Positions 29,121 to 39,626 of a DNA stretch of 64,000 nucleotides are shown one piece after another (the stretch's first letter is position 1; every line of letters begins with the position of its first letter). The notes beneath the pieces are model-generated. The model was not told where the DNA came from. It saw only the letters and a program-made list of their open reading frames with translations, and ran no database searches. The DNA is from an uncultured bacterium (GTDB taxonomy: Bacteria; Krumholzibacteriota; Krumholzibacteriia; LZORAL124-64-63). The stretch is taken from positions 32,001 to 96,000 of the forward strand of contig CAVSZB010000007.1 of NCBI GenBank assembly GCA_963732385.1, given 5' to 3'. The position numbers and the translations under genes were made by a program.

Positions 29121-30899
29121 ATGGCCCTGATCAGCGTCCATGATGTTGCGCTCGCCTTCGGCGGATCCCCGCTGCTCGACGGCGTCACCTTCCACGTGGA
29201 GAAGGGCGATCGGATCGGCCTGGTCGGCCGCAACGGCGCCGGCAAGTCGACTCTGCTCGCCCTGCTCGCGGACGCGGTGTCGCCGGACTCTGGCGGGGTC
29301 GTCCGGCGGCCCGCTCTGCGCGTCGCGCTGCTGCCCCAGGAGGTGCCGCAGGGGCTGACCGGCGTCGTGAGCGCGGTCGTGGCGGCGGGGATTGCCCCGC
29401 ACGCCGGCGAGGAGGCCTGGACCGGGGAGCAGCGGATCGAACAGATGCTGGCCCGGCTCGGTCTGCCGGCCGACGCTCCGGTCGCGGGGCTCTCCGGGGG
29501 CATGCTGCGGCGCGTGCTGCTGGCCCGCGCGCTGGCGGCCGTTCCCGATGTTCTGCTCCTGGACGAGCCGACCAACCATCTGGACATCGATACCATCGCC
29601 TGGCTGGAGGATTTTCTGACCTGCGAGGCGCCGACCCTGGTCATGGTCACGCATGATCGCGCGCTGCTGCGGTCGCTCGCGACCCGCATCATCGAGCTGG
29701 ACCGCGGCCGGTTGCTCGACGTCGATGGCGGTTACGACGAGTACCTGCGCCGCCGCGACGCGGCGTTGCAGGCCGAAACGGCGGCGTGGCAGCGCCAGGA
29801 CCGCCGGCTGGCGGAGGAGGAGATCTGGATCCGCCAGGGCATCAAGGCGCGCCGCACGCGCAACGAGGGGCGGGTGCGCGCGCTCGAGCGATTGCGCGAG
29901 CAACGGCGCGGGCGGCGCGCGCAGCCGGGCGCGGCGCGTCTGGAGGTGGCCGAGGCGGAACGCAGCGGCCGTCTGGTCGTCAAGGCCGACGGCGTCGATT
30001 TCGCCTACGGGGACCGTCCGGTCGTGCGCGACTTCAGCGCCACCATCATGCGCGGCGACCGCGTCGGCATCATCGGCCCCAACGGGGCGGGCAAGACCAC
30101 CCTGCTGCGGATCCTGATCGGCGAACTGGCGCCCCGGACCGGCAGCGTGCGGCAGGGCGCCGGCGTGCAGGTTGTCTACTTCGACCAGTTGCGCGAACAA
30201 CTCGATCCCGCGAAATCGGTGCGCGACAATCTCGGCCTCGACAGCGACACCATCACGATCGGCGGCCGTTCGCGCCACGTGATGAGCTACCTGCAGGACT
30301 TCCTGTTCAGCCCCGAGCGGGCGCGGACGCCCGTCGGCGCGCTTTCCGGCGGCGAGCGCAACCGGCTGCTGCTCGCGCGGCTGTTCACCCGCGAGGCGAA
30401 CCTGCTGATCCTCGACGAACCGACGAACGATCTCGACCTCGAAACGCTCGACCTGCTCGAAGAGCTGCTCGCTGATTTCTCCGGCACGCTGTTGCTGGTG
30501 AGCCACGACCGCACCCTGCTTGACCGCGTCGTGACCAGCACCCTGGCGGTGGGCGGCGACGGCACGGTCCTGGAGACGGTAGGCGGCTACGCGGACTGGC
30601 TGCGTCAGCGGCCGCCGGTCACGCTGACCGCGCCGGTGAAGAAGCCGACTCCGGAACGGCCGGTGTCGGACCGGCCGCGCCGACTCACCTTCAAGGAACG
30701 TCGCGAGCTCGACGAACTTCCCGCGGCCATCGCCTGCCTCGAGGCGGAGCAGGCCGCGGTTCACGAGCGTCTCGCCGATCCGGAGCTCTACCGCTCCGCC
30801 GCGGGGCTGGTGGCGGAGCTCCGGGAGCGGCTGGCCGCCGTAGAGGCCGGGCTCGTTGTCGCCTACGCCCGCTGGGAGGAGCTGGAAGCGCTGGGGTGA
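29121..30899 (+). CDS. uup: ABC-F ATPase Uup
   Basis: Two ABC cassettes (GRNGAGKS, GPNGAGKT), GIKARRTRNEGRVRAL linker, C-terminal coiled coil ending RWEELE. Confidence 0.93.
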   Translation: MALISVHDVALAFGGSPLLDGVTFHVEKGDRIGLVGRNGAGKSTLLALLADAVSPDSGGVVRRPALRVALLPQEVPQGLTGVVSAVVAAGIAPHAGEEAWTGEQRIEQMLARLGLPADAPVAGLSGGMLRRVLLARALAAVPDVLLLDEPTNHLDIDTIAWLEDFLTCEAPTLVMVTHDRALLRSLATRIIELDRGRLLDVDGGYDEYLRRRDAALQAETAAWQRQDRRLAEEEIWIRQGIKARRTRNEGRVRALERLREQRRGRRAQPGAARLEVAEAERSGRLVVKADGVDFAYGDRPVVRDFSATIMRGDRVGIIGPNGAGKTTLLRILIGELAPRTGSVRQGAGVQVVYFDQLREQLDPAKSVRDNLGLDSDTITIGGRSRHVMSYLQDFLFSPERARTPVGALSGGERNRLLLARLFTREANLLILDEPTNDLDLETLDLLEELLADFSGTLLLVSHDRTLLDRVVTSTLAVGGDGTVLETVGGYADWLRQRPPVTLTAPVKKPTPERPVSDRPRRLTFKERRELDELPAAIACLEAEQAAVHERLADPELYRSAAGLVAELRERLAAVEAGLVVAYARWEELEALG

Positions 30900-33043
30900 G
30901 GCACGGCGGAGGCCGTTTTCAACGACAGCGAAATCCGCCGCCGCGCCAGGTCCACCTCGATCACCCGCGCCATCACCTGCTGCTGCACCCTGACGACTTC
31001 GCTCGGGTGGCGGATGAAGCGGTCGGCAAGCTGGCTGACGTGGGCCAGCCCGTCCTGGTGGACGCCGATGTCGATGAAGGCTCCGAAATCGGTCACGTTG
31101 GTCACGATGCCGGGCAGGCGCATGCCGACCGCGAGGTCCTCGAGCGTGTTGACGCCGTCGGCGAAGCGGAAGGCGCTGAACTCCGCGCGCGGATCGCGGC
31201 CGGGGCGGGCCAGCTCGGCGAGGATATCCTGCAGGGTGGGCAGGCCGACGGTGTCGGTCACGTAGCGCGCCGGGTCGAGCGGGGCGCGGCGCGCGGAGTC
31301 GTGCAGCAGGTCGGCCACGGCGCAGCCGCAGTCGCGCGCCATGCGGGCGACCAGGCCGTAGCGCTCGGGATGGACGGCGCTGGCGTCGAGCGGGTCGTCG
31401 CCGTCGTGCACGCGCAGGAAGCCGGCGGCCTGTTCGAACGCCCGGGGACCGAGGCGCGGCACGTCGCGCAGCGCGCGGCGGCTCGGAAACGGGCCGTGGG
31501 CGGCGCGGTGGGCCACCACGTTCGCGGCGAGGGTCGGGCCGAGACCCGCCACGTAGGCCAGCAACGCGGCGCTCGCGCTGTTCACATCCACGCCGACGGC
31601 GTTCACGCAGCTCGTGACCACGTCGTCGAGGCCGCGCCGGAGGGCCGGCTGGTCGACGTCGTGCTGGTACTGGCCGACGCCGATCGACTTGGGGTCGAGC
31701 TTCACTAGCTCGGCCAGCGGGTCCTGCAGGCGGCGGCCGATGCTCACCGAACCGCGAACCGTCAGGTCGTGGTCGGGAAATTCGCGGCGGGCGAGTTCGC
31801 CGGCGGAGTAGATCGAGGCGCCCGATTCGTTGACCATCACGATTGGCAGCGTGGTCGGCAGGTCGAGACCGGTGAGCCAGGTCTCGGTTTCGCGGCCGGC
31901 GGTGCCGTTGCCGACGGCGATCGCCTCGATCGCGTGGCGATCGGCCAGCTCGCGTACCCGGCGCGCCGCGGCCGCGGCCTGGCCGGCGCCGCTGTGGGGA
32001 TGGATCGTCTCGTGGTGGAGCAGGTCGCCCTGGCGGTCGAGGCAGACCAGCTTGCAGCCGGTGCGGAAGCCGGGATCGAGCGCGAGCACCCGCTTGCGGC
32101 CGAGCGGCGGCGACAGCAGCAGTTCGCGCAGGTTGGCGGCAAAGACCGCGATCGCCTCCGCGTCGGCGCGTACTTTCAACTCGAGGCGCAGCTCGGTCTC
32201 GAGCGAAAGGCTGAGCAGGCGTCGGTAGCCGTCGGTGACGGCGGCGGCGACCTCGCGGGCGGCCGGCGAGGCGCCCTTCACGAACAGGCGCTCCAGGATC
32301 CGCAATGCCTCCTCCTCCGGCGGCAGCACGTGCATGACCAGGCAGCCCTCCTGCTCGCCGCGCCGGATCGCCAGGATGCGGTGTGACGGCGCGCGCAGGG
32401 CCGGTTCCTCCCAGGCGAACCAGTCGCGGAATTTCGCGCCGGCCTCCTCCTTGCCGCGCGCCAGGCGGGAGCTGAGCACTCCCCTGGCGCGGAAGAGGCG
32501 GCGCAGGGCGGTGCGTGCGTCGGCGTTTTCGTTCACCTGTTCGGCGAGGATGTCGCGCGCTCCCTGCAGCGCTTCTTCAGCGGTCGTCACGCCGAGTTCC
32601 GGATCGACGAAGGCTGTCGCTGAGCGCGCCGGATCGCAACGCGGGTCCTGGATCAGGAGCAGGTCCGCCAGCGGCGCGAGACCCCGCTCGCGCGCGATCG
32701 TGGCGCGGGTGCGCCGCTTCGGACGATGGGGGAGGTAGATGTCCTCGAGGTTGGCGAGCGTCACGGCGCCGAGCACCGCGGCCTTGAGTTTGTCGTCGAG
32801 CAGGCCGCGTTCGGTCAACGAGGCGAGGATCGCCTCGCGGCGCCGGTCGAGCTCGCCGAGCTGCTCCAGACGATCGCGCACCGCGGTGATCTGCACCTCG
32901 TCGAGGCTGTCGGTCGCCTCCTTGCGGTAGCGCGCGATGAACGGGATGGTGCCGCCCGCCGCGAGCAGTTCGGCGGCGGCCCGGACCCGGACCGGAGCGA
33001 TCTGCAACTCCCCGGCGATGGTGGCAAGGTGTGATTCGTGCAT
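30863..33043 (-). CDS. tex: Tex/YhgF RNA-binding transcriptional accessory protein
   Basis: TIPFIARYRKEAT, DPGFRTGCK, GRRLQDPLAELVK, SIGVGQYQHD, S1 domain. Confidence 0.95.
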   Translation of the reverse strand: MHESHLATIAGELQIAPVRVRAAAELLAAGGTIPFIARYRKEATDSLDEVQITAVRDRLEQLGELDRRREAILASLTERGLLDDKLKAAVLGAVTLANLEDIYLPHRPKRRTRATIARERGLAPLADLLLIQDPRCDPARSATAFVDPELGVTTAEEALQGARDILAEQVNENADARTALRRLFRARGVLSSRLARGKEEAGAKFRDWFAWEEPALRAPSHRILAIRRGEQEGCLVMHVLPPEEEALRILERLFVKGASPAAREVAAAVTDGYRRLLSLSLETELRLELKVRADAEAIAVFAANLRELLLSPPLGRKRVLALDPGFRTGCKLVCLDRQGDLLHHETIHPHSGAGQAAAAARRVRELADRHAIEAIAVGNGTAGRETETWLTGLDLPTTLPIVMVNESGASIYSAGELARREFPDHDLTVRGSVSIGRRLQDPLAELVKLDPKSIGVGQYQHDVDQPALRRGLDDVVTSCVNAVGVDVNSASAALLAYVAGLGPTLAANVVAHRAAHGPFPSRRALRDVPRLGPRAFEQAAGFLRVHDGDDPLDASAVHPERYGLVARMARDCGCAVADLLHDSARRAPLDPARYVTDTVGLPTLQDILAELARPGRDPRAEFSAFRFADGVNTLEDLAVGMRLPGIVTNVTDFGAFIDIGVHQDGLAHVSQLADRFIRHPSEVVRVQQQVMARVIEVDLARRRISLSLKTASAVPHPSASSSSQRA

Positions 33044-33080
33044 GGGATTCCTCGGGGTGAAGCTTGGACAAGGCCGGGCG

Positions 33081-35441
33081 CTACGGCCGGGCGGCGTGGA
33101 ACTTGCGCTGCATCTTGAGCGGTTGGTTGTCGGGATCGAGGCCGATGGCCTGGTCGAGGGCCGTCAACCCCTCCTCGTTCAGTCCGGCGTCGAAGCAGAT
33201 GAAAGCCACCAGCGACCAGATGTAGGGATCGGCGATCCCGGACGGCTCCTCCCGCAGCTGGTGCACGATGTCGCGCGCGCGCCCGACGTCGCCCAGGGCC
33301 CGATCCGCTTCCAGCACCACGCACATCTCGCCCCGGTCGATGTCGGTCGTCCAGCGGTGCAGCAGCAGCTGGCGGCCTTTGGCCGGTTCGCCGGAACGCA
33401 CGTAGGCGAGGGCCAGATCACGGGCGTTGGATCGCGTAGGATCGTCCGCGCAGGCCTGTTCCAAGGCGCGGACGACGTCGCGCAGATCGCGCGGCGAGAC
33501 CATGGCCTCACCAGGTTCGCGCGATCCACCGGGCGAAACGAGTCTTTCAAACCCCTGGCCCGGGTACATCCGCGCGACCGGATCGGGAGATGCCTTGTCG
33601 TCGAACGCGCCGTTCACCGGCGTCAGCGGGGACCAGGCCGGGGGCTCGACGTCCGGCTCGGGATCCTCATCGGCGGCGGTGGCGGTGGCGCCGGCCCTGC
33701 GCGCGCGGTCCAGAATGGCCCCGATTCCCGCGCGGTCAGGTGCGAGGCGGACGGCGACCTCGAGGTCTGCGCAGGCCGCCGCCCAGCTATGCTCGTGGAA
33801 GTTGAGCAGCCCCCGATTGTACCAGCCGGCCACGTCGCCGGGCGCGATCCCGATGACGGTTCCGAAGGCCTCCCGCGCTGCCTCCGCCTGGCCGGCATGG
33901 CTCGCGGCCACGCCCAGGGCGTTCCAGCCGGCCGCGTCGCCGGGGTGCGCGGTGAGGTGGCGCGCGAGGCGAGGCAGCGCCCGCTCGTAGCCGCCGCGCG
34001 ACATTTCCAGGACGGAGGCCAGCGAACAGACGTCGGGCGCGTCCTGCCCCTGCGCGGTCAGCAGGTCGCAGGCGAGCGCGAGGTCGTCGGCCGCGCGCGC
34101 CGGATCACCCAGGTGATGGAAGGCGCGACCGCGCAGCGCCAGCGCCTCCGCAGGCCGGATGCCGCGACGGTGGCAGGTGGTGAGCTCCGCGATCGCGGTT
34201 TCGCCGAGCTGACGGCGCCGTTGGGGATCGGTCTCGCGGTCGCACGCCATGACCAGCTGCGCCGCGTGGGCCAGCCGGCTGCCGGCCACGTGCAGCTCGC
34301 CGTACGCCACGGCGAAGGGATAATTCAGATCGCCGAGGCCGAAAACCCGCGCCGGACCGACCAGTGTCTCGACCGGAAAGTAGGTCATCAGGGGGCGCAG
34401 CAGCGTGGCCAGGCCGTAGTACTCGCGGGCGAGATCCGGCTGGCGGTTCAGCTCGCACAGCAGACCGACATCGCCGAAGAACCGGTGCGCGTGGGGATAG
34501 CTGAAATATCCGTAGACCCGGCCCATGACGAAGGAGGCCAGGCGCAGCTCGCCCCGCGCCCGGTAGGCGGTACTCTTGATCCAGCGCTCGGCGAAGTCCG
34601 AGTCGAGCCAGCCCCATCCCGGGACATGCACCCGGATGGCGCGCAACTCCGCGGCGAGGCGGCAGGCCTCGGAGAACTGTCCGGACTCGGCCAGCAGCAG
34701 CCCCTCGACCAGCATCGACTCGACCTTGTCGGACGTGGCGATCTCGCCAGCCGCAGCGATCCGCTCGATCCCCTCGGCGTACAGACCGCGCTCCCGGCAG
34801 AGCCAGGCCTGGTCGAGCAGCACGCGCCGTCGCAACCCGGCGTACCGACGTGCCGGCAGCGGCGCCATGGCCGCGAGCGCGGCGTTCAGGGAGCGTTCGT
34901 GGGCGACGAGATCACCAACGGTCCCCTGGGCGAAGGCCAGGTCGTACCAGATCATGGGGTCGGACGGATCGAGTCCCGTCGCGTTGACGAGTGCGTCGAT
35001 GAAACGAGTCAGGCCCTCCGCCACGCCAGACGGATTGACGAGGGCGGAGCCTTTGCGGCAATGCTCCGCGGTCTGGCGCAACACCACCTCGAACCGTTGC
35101 GCCTTTTCGCGGTACGGTTCGGCCAGATCCCGGCGCTGCCGCCGCGCCTCGGCCGGCAGGGCCAGGAAGGCGGCGAGGTCGATCGGCGGCGCCGCGGCCG
35201 CGTAGCGGGCCTGTTCGCGGTACGGGCGGGTCTTGTCCTTCAGAAACCCCATCCGCGCGCGGTACTGGGACAGCGCCGCGCCGGCGAGGTCCCGGGACAG
35301 GCCCACCCAATCCTTCACGGCGAGCGGTTCGTCGTCCGCGGCGGCCGCGGCGACCGGTGGCGGGAAGGCGTGGAGCGGTGCAGGACAGGCGAGCCGTGTC
35401 GCGACCACCAGCAGGATCGACAGCGTGAACCTGCGACGCAT
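33081..35441 (-). CDS. Large secreted TPR-repeat protein
   Basis: Signal peptide and TPR motifs (IWYDLAFAQ, GWNALG, GWYNRG, ALDQAIGLDPDN). Confidence 0.75.
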   Translation of the reverse strand: MRRRFTLSILLVVATRLACPAPLHAFPPPVAAAAADDEPLAVKDWVGLSRDLAGAALSQYRARMGFLKDKTRPYREQARYAAAAPPIDLAAFLALPAEARRQRRDLAEPYREKAQRFEVVLRQTAEHCRKGSALVNPSGVAEGLTRFIDALVNATGLDPSDPMIWYDLAFAQGTVGDLVAHERSLNAALAAMAPLPARRYAGLRRRVLLDQAWLCRERGLYAEGIERIAAAGEIATSDKVESMLVEGLLLAESGQFSEACRLAAELRAIRVHVPGWGWLDSDFAERWIKSTAYRARGELRLASFVMGRVYGYFSYPHAHRFFGDVGLLCELNRQPDLAREYYGLATLLRPLMTYFPVETLVGPARVFGLGDLNYPFAVAYGELHVAGSRLAHAAQLVMACDRETDPQRRRQLGETAIAELTTCHRRGIRPAEALALRGRAFHHLGDPARAADDLALACDLLTAQGQDAPDVCSLASVLEMSRGGYERALPRLARHLTAHPGDAAGWNALGVAASHAGQAEAAREAFGTVIGIAPGDVAGWYNRGLLNFHEHSWAAACADLEVAVRLAPDRAGIGAILDRARRAGATATAADEDPEPDVEPPAWSPLTPVNGAFDDKASPDPVARMYPGQGFERLVSPGGSREPGEAMVSPRDLRDVVRALEQACADDPTRSNARDLALAYVRSGEPAKGRQLLLHRWTTDIDRGEMCVVLEADRALGDVGRARDIVHQLREEPSGIADPYIWSLVAFICFDAGLNEEGLTALDQAIGLDPDNQPLKMQRKFHAARP

Positions 35442-35485
35442 GTGTTCTCCCCGGCCGGTGCAAAGATCGCCAGAGCCTCCTCCCG

Positions 35486-35514
35486 ATAGTACAAGCCGGC
35501 GAATTCCTGAGCAA
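35486..35514 (-). promoter_or_regulatory. sigma70 promoter for the TPR-tex genes
   Basis: Minus strand TTGCTC-N17-TACTAT. Confidence 0.5.
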
Positions 35515-35633
35515 GCGTCCGGGATGCGCAGAGACCAGGACAGATCCGTGACAGGTCCGGGGTTTTCACTACGGGAGCGCTGTGCGATGCTGATCGCCCG
35601 CGGTCGTCACCGCCACCCCGGAGCGAAGTTGCC

Positions 35634-36212
35634 GTGAGACTCTTCATCGCCGTCGATCCCGGTGAACGGTTCCGCGCCGAACTGTCCACGCGGCTTGACG
35701 TCTGGCGGGCGCGGCTGCCGGTCGCCTGGGTGCGCGCGGAGAACCTGCACGTGACGCTCCGGTTCCTGGGGGAGTTGCCGGCGGCGGCGTTGCCGGCGCT
35801 GGAGATGGCGCTGCGCGGGGCCGTGGCTGGCCACGCGCCGCTCGTCCTGCGGCCCGGCGGCGTGGGGGCCTTCCCGCACGTGCGTGCGCCGCGGGTTCTC
35901 TTCTTGCAGATGGCCTCGCCCGGGGGGGCGCTGGAGCGACTCGCGGAATCGGTGCGGGCGGCCGTGGACCCGCTGCTGCCGCCTGGTGAAGGCGACGACC
36001 GTCCGCTGCGCGCCCACCTCACCCTGGCCCGCGTGAAGCAGCCGCTGACGTCGGCGCAGGCGCGTGAACTCGCGGCGATCGATCCTGGCGCGTGGGACCC
36101 GCTCACGGTCGGCGAGGTCTGCCTCATGCGCAGCGTGCCGGGTCGCGCCGGCCCGGTGTACACCTGCCTGCTCGCCGCCGCCCTCTCCGGCGGCGGGCCA
36201 GTCGTCGGGTAG
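35634..36212 (+). CDS. thpR: RNA 2',3'-cyclic phosphodiesterase (2H phosphoesterase)
   Basis: MRLFIA start, two HxT motifs (LHVTL, AHLTL), upstream of recA. Confidence 0.93.
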   Translation: MRLFIAVDPGERFRAELSTRLDVWRARLPVAWVRAENLHVTLRFLGELPAAALPALEMALRGAVAGHAPLVLRPGGVGAFPHVRAPRVLFLQMASPGGALERLAESVRAAVDPLLPPGEGDDRPLRAHLTLARVKQPLTSAQARELAAIDPGAWDPLTVGEVCLMRSVPGRAGPVYTCLLAAALSGGGPVVG

Positions 36213-36241
36213 TTGCGCGGCGTCGCGGCGCGTGCTACCGT
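36213..36241 (+). promoter_or_regulatory. Candidate recA promoter
   Basis: TTGCGC (36213-36218)-N17-TACCGT (36236-36241) with extended -10 TG. Confidence 0.45.
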
Positions 36242-36346
36242 GCTCCCGCCTTCGGGTTGGCGCACGGTCGGCGGCCACCCGTCGCGCGACCGGCACCGTT
36301 TCCCGCAGCCTCCCGGAGCAACCCGCCTTCCGAAGGAGACCACGTC

Positions 36347-37456
36347 ATGGCGATCGAACGGCAGGAAGACAAGGCGAAGGCTCTCGAACTGACCCGGACC
36401 CAGATCGAAAAGCAGTTCGGCAAGGGAGCGATCATGCTGCTCGGGGACACCCATATCCTCGAAGATGTCGACGCGATCTCGACCGGCAGTCTCGCGCTCG
36501 ACATCGCGCTTGGCGTGGGGGGGTTGCCCACCGGCCGGGTCACCGAGGTCTACGGCCCCGAGGGGAGCGGCAAGACCACCATCGCGCTCTCGGTGATCGC
36601 CAACTCGCAGCGGCGGGGCGGCACGGCGGCGTTCATCGACGCGGAGCACGCGCTCGACCCCGCCTACGCGCGCAAGCTCGGCGTGGACATCGACAACCTG
36701 CTCGTCTCGCAGCCCGACACCGGCGAACAGGCGCTCGAGATCACCGAAATGCTGGTGCGCTCGGGGGCCATCGACTGCATCGTGATCGACTCGGTGGCGG
36801 CGCTGGTGCCGCGCGCGGAGATCGAGGGGGAGATGGGGGACCAGCATGTCGGCCTGCAGGCGCGGCTCATGTCGCAGGCGCTGCGCAAGCTGACCGGCGC
36901 CATCGCCAAGACCCATACGCTGGTGCTTTTCACCAACCAGATCCGGATGAAGATCGGGGTCATGTTCGGCAACCCGGAAACTACCAGTGGCGGCAATGCG
37001 CTGAAGTTCTACAGCTCGGTGCGCCTCGACGTGCGGCGCATCGGCGCCATCACGCAGGGCGAGGAGGTCACCGGCAGCGCGGTGCGCGTGAAGGTGGTCA
37101 AGAACAAGGTGGCGCCGCCGTTCAAGAAGGCGGAGTTCGACATCCTTTATGGAGAGGGGATCTCCAAGGAGGGTGACCTGCTCGAACTGGGGGTCCAGGC
37201 GGGCGCGGTGCAGAAGACCGGCGCCTGGTACAGTTTCGGCGACGAGCGCCTCGGGCAGGGCAAGGAGAATGCCCGCGTTTTCCTGAAGGAGAACCCCGAC
37301 GTTTACGCGCGGATCAAGCCGCTCGTCTTCACGCACTTCGGCGTCCGGGGCGCCGCGGTCGCGCCGCCAACGGTGGCGGCGAAACCGGAAGCCAGCAGAG
37401 ACGAAGCCACTCCCCGCGCGGGCGGCCGCGCCCGCGGCCGCGCCGCGGCCGAATGA
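36347..37456 (+). CDS. recA: Recombinase RecA
   Basis: [52 protein letters not shown]. Confidence 0.99.
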   Translation: MAIERQEDKAKALELTRTQIEKQFGKGAIMLLGDTHILEDVDAISTGSLALDIALGVGGLPTGRVTEVYGPEGSGKTTIALSVIANSQRRGGTAAFIDAEHALDPAYARKLGVDIDNLLVSQPDTGEQALEITEMLVRSGAIDCIVIDSVAALVPRAEIEGEMGDQHVGLQARLMSQALRKLTGAIAKTHTLVLFTNQIRMKIGVMFGNPETTSGGNALKFYSSVRLDVRRIGAITQGEEVTGSAVRVKVVKNKVAPPFKKAEFDILYGEGISKEGDLLELGVQAGAVQKTGAWYSFGDERLGQGKENARVFLKENPDVYARIKPLVFTHFGVRGAAVAPPTVAAKPEASRDEATPRAGGRARGRAAAE

Positions 37457-37459
37457 GCC

Positions 37460-38149
37460 ATGAGCGCGGCCGGCGAGCCGATCCTGGTCGAATGCCGGCG
37501 GCAGGAGAGCGTGGTGACGCTCATCCTCGACGATGGCGAGACCCTGGAACTTGCGCCTGACGCGCTGCCTTCCGACCTGCCTGCGGCGGGGACCCCGGTC
37601 CCCGCCGCGCTGCTTGAGAAGCTGCGTGAAGCCGCGACCCGCAAGCGGTTGGCCCGCCGTATTTTCGCCCTGCTCGACCGCCGTCCCTGGACCGTGGCGC
37701 GGCTGCGGCGTAAATTGGCCGGGGAGGGCTTCGTTCCGGTGGTCATCGACGTGGTCCTGGCCCGCTTCATCGCCGAGGAGCTCGTCAGCGACCGTCGTTT
37801 TGCCGAGGCGTTCTGCCGCGACGCCCTGCGGGCCAAACCGGTCGGAACGCGCTGGCTGCGCGCCCGCCTCGCCGCGCAGGGGGTGCCGGCCGACACGGCC
37901 GCGGTCGTGGCGGGTGAAGCCCTGCCTCCCGAGGCGGAGCGCGAACTGGCGCGGACGGCGGCGGGGGCCCGCTGGCGCCGGGGCGATGTGGGGCGGGGCC
38001 TGGCGGCCACGGCGCGCGTGGCGCGGTTCCTGGCCGCGCGCGGCTTCCCGCCGGCGGTCGCGGGACGGGCCGCGCGGGAGACGGCGCCGGCCGCCGGCGA
38101 CCGGCGGTACGGCGTGGAAGACGCGCCGGGAGAGGACGACGGCGCGTGA
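37460..38149 (+). CDS. recX: Regulatory protein RecX
   Basis: Follows recA; LRRKL, SDRRFAE, RFLAARGF helical repeats. Confidence 0.8.
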   Translation: MSAAGEPILVECRRQESVVTLILDDGETLELAPDALPSDLPAAGTPVPAALLEKLREAATRKRLARRIFALLDRRPWTVARLRRKLAGEGFVPVVIDVVLARFIAEELVSDRRFAEAFCRDALRAKPVGTRWLRARLAAQGVPADTAAVVAGEALPPEAERELARTAAGARWRRGDVGRGLAATARVARFLAARGFPPAVAGRAARETAPAAGDRRYGVEDAPGEDDGA

Positions 38150-39012
38150 GGATCCTGGTGACCGGAGCGGCCGGCATGCTGGGGCGGGCGGTGGTCCTGG
38201 CCGCCGGCGCCCGGCATGCTGTCGTCGGGGTGGATCTGGCCGACGGCGATCTCACCGATCCGGCGGTCGCCCCGGAGCTGCTGGCGCGTCACCAACCCGA
38301 CTGGGTCACGCACTGCGCCGCCTTCACCGACGTCGACGGCGCGGAGACCGCGCGCGCGCGTGCGCTTGCAGTCAACGGCGACGCGACCGCCCATCTGGCG
38401 CGTGCCTGCGCCGCGGCCGCCGTCGGGCTGCAGTACGTCAGCACCGACTATGTCTTCGACGGCCGCGACCCGCGTGGCTATGACGAGGAGGCATCGCGGG
38501 CGCCGATCAGCTACTACGGTCTGACGAAGGCGCAGGGCGAGGCGGCGGTGGAGGCGCTGCCGGGGCGGTCGCAAATCGTGCGCACGAGCTGGCTGTTCGG
38601 CCCCGGCCCGAAGAATTTCGTGCTCGCGATCCGGGAGCGGCTGGCGGCGTCGGCCGTCCTGCAGGTCGTGAAGGACCAGGTCGGCTGCCCCACCTACGCC
38701 CCCGATCTGGCGACGGTCCTGCTGTTCCTGCTGGAGAACGGGACGCCGGGGCTATACCATGCCACGAATCGCGGCGCCTGCACCTGGTTCGCTTTCGCGC
38801 GGGAGATCGCCCGGCAGCTCGGGTACGACCCGCGGCTGATCGCGCCATGTGCCGCCGCGGATTGGCAGACGCCGGCGCGGCGGCCGGCCTGCTCGATCCT
38901 GCGCAGCGGGCGGCTCGAGGCGCTCGGCTGCCCGGACCGGCCCTCCTGGCCGGACGCGTTGAAACGCTACCTGGCGCTGTTGGCGAGCGATGAGGGAGGT
39001 GCGAAGCCATGA
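38146..39012 (+). CDS. rfbD: dTDP-4-dehydrorhamnose reductase
   Basis: GAAGMLG, AAFTDVD, STDYVFDG, YGLTK, DQVGCPT, RRPACS motifs. Confidence 0.93.
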   Translation: MRILVTGAAGMLGRAVVLAAGARHAVVGVDLADGDLTDPAVAPELLARHQPDWVTHCAAFTDVDGAETARARALAVNGDATAHLARACAAAAVGLQYVSTDYVFDGRDPRGYDEEASRAPISYYGLTKAQGEAAVEALPGRSQIVRTSWLFGPGPKNFVLAIRERLAASAVLQVVKDQVGCPTYAPDLATVLLFLLENGTPGLYHATNRGACTWFAFAREIARQLGYDPRLIAPCAAADWQTPARRPACSILRSGRLEALGCPDRPSWPDALKRYLALLASDEGGAKP

Positions 39013-39626
39013 ACCCGGCGAACCGCGCCGCGCCCGATGCGGACGACGCCCGCCGTTTCACCGCGTCCGTGGGCGAGTTGCGCGCGGCGCTCGACCGCCT
39101 CGGCCCGGAGCATCTGCGCGCCGTGCGGCGGCTGGCCGACGCGGTGCTCGCCGCCTGGCGCGGCGGTGGCAAGCTGCTGCTGTGCGGCAACGGCGGCAGC
39201 GCGGCCGACGCGCAGCACCTCGCGGCGGAACTGGTGGGACGCTATCTGCGCGAGCGGCCCGGCTGGGCGGCGATCGCGCTGACAGTGAACACCTCGGCGC
39301 TGACGGCGATCGCCAACGATTACGGCTTCGAGGCGGTGTTCGCCCGCCAGGTGGAGGCGCTCGGCCGTCCAGGCGACGTGCTGCTGGTCATCAGCACCTC
39401 CGGCAACTCGGCGAACTGCGTGGCGGCCGTGGTCGCCGCCCGCGCCGGGGGGCTGGCGGTGCACGGCTTCCTCGGCGGTGACGGCGGGCGCCTGCTGAGC
39501 CTGGTCGATGCGGCCTTCGTGGCCCCCTCATTCGTCACGCCGCGCGTGCAGGAGTTGCACATCCACATGGGGCACCTGCTCTGCCATCTGCTCGAGGAGG
39601 CGCTGGCGCCGGGAGGGCCGGCATGA
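39009..39626 (+). CDS. gmhA: Phosphoheptose isomerase (SIS domain)
   Basis: CGNGGSAADAQH, ANDYG, STSGNS, RVQELHI motifs. Confidence 0.93.
   Translation: MNPANRAAPDADDARRFTASVGELRAALDRLGPEHLRAVRRLADAVLAAWRGGGKLLLCGNGGSAADAQHLAAELVGRYLRERPGWAAIALTVNTSALTAIANDYGFEAVFARQVEALGRPGDVLLVISTSGNSANCVAAVVAARAGGLAVHGFLGGDGGRLLSLVDAAFVAPSFVTPRVQELHIHMGHLLCHLLEEALAPGGPA

Noticed and set aside
36213..36346. LexA/SOS box upstream of recA
   Set aside because: There is no CTGT-N8-ACAG, GAAC-N4-GTTC or other clear palindrome.
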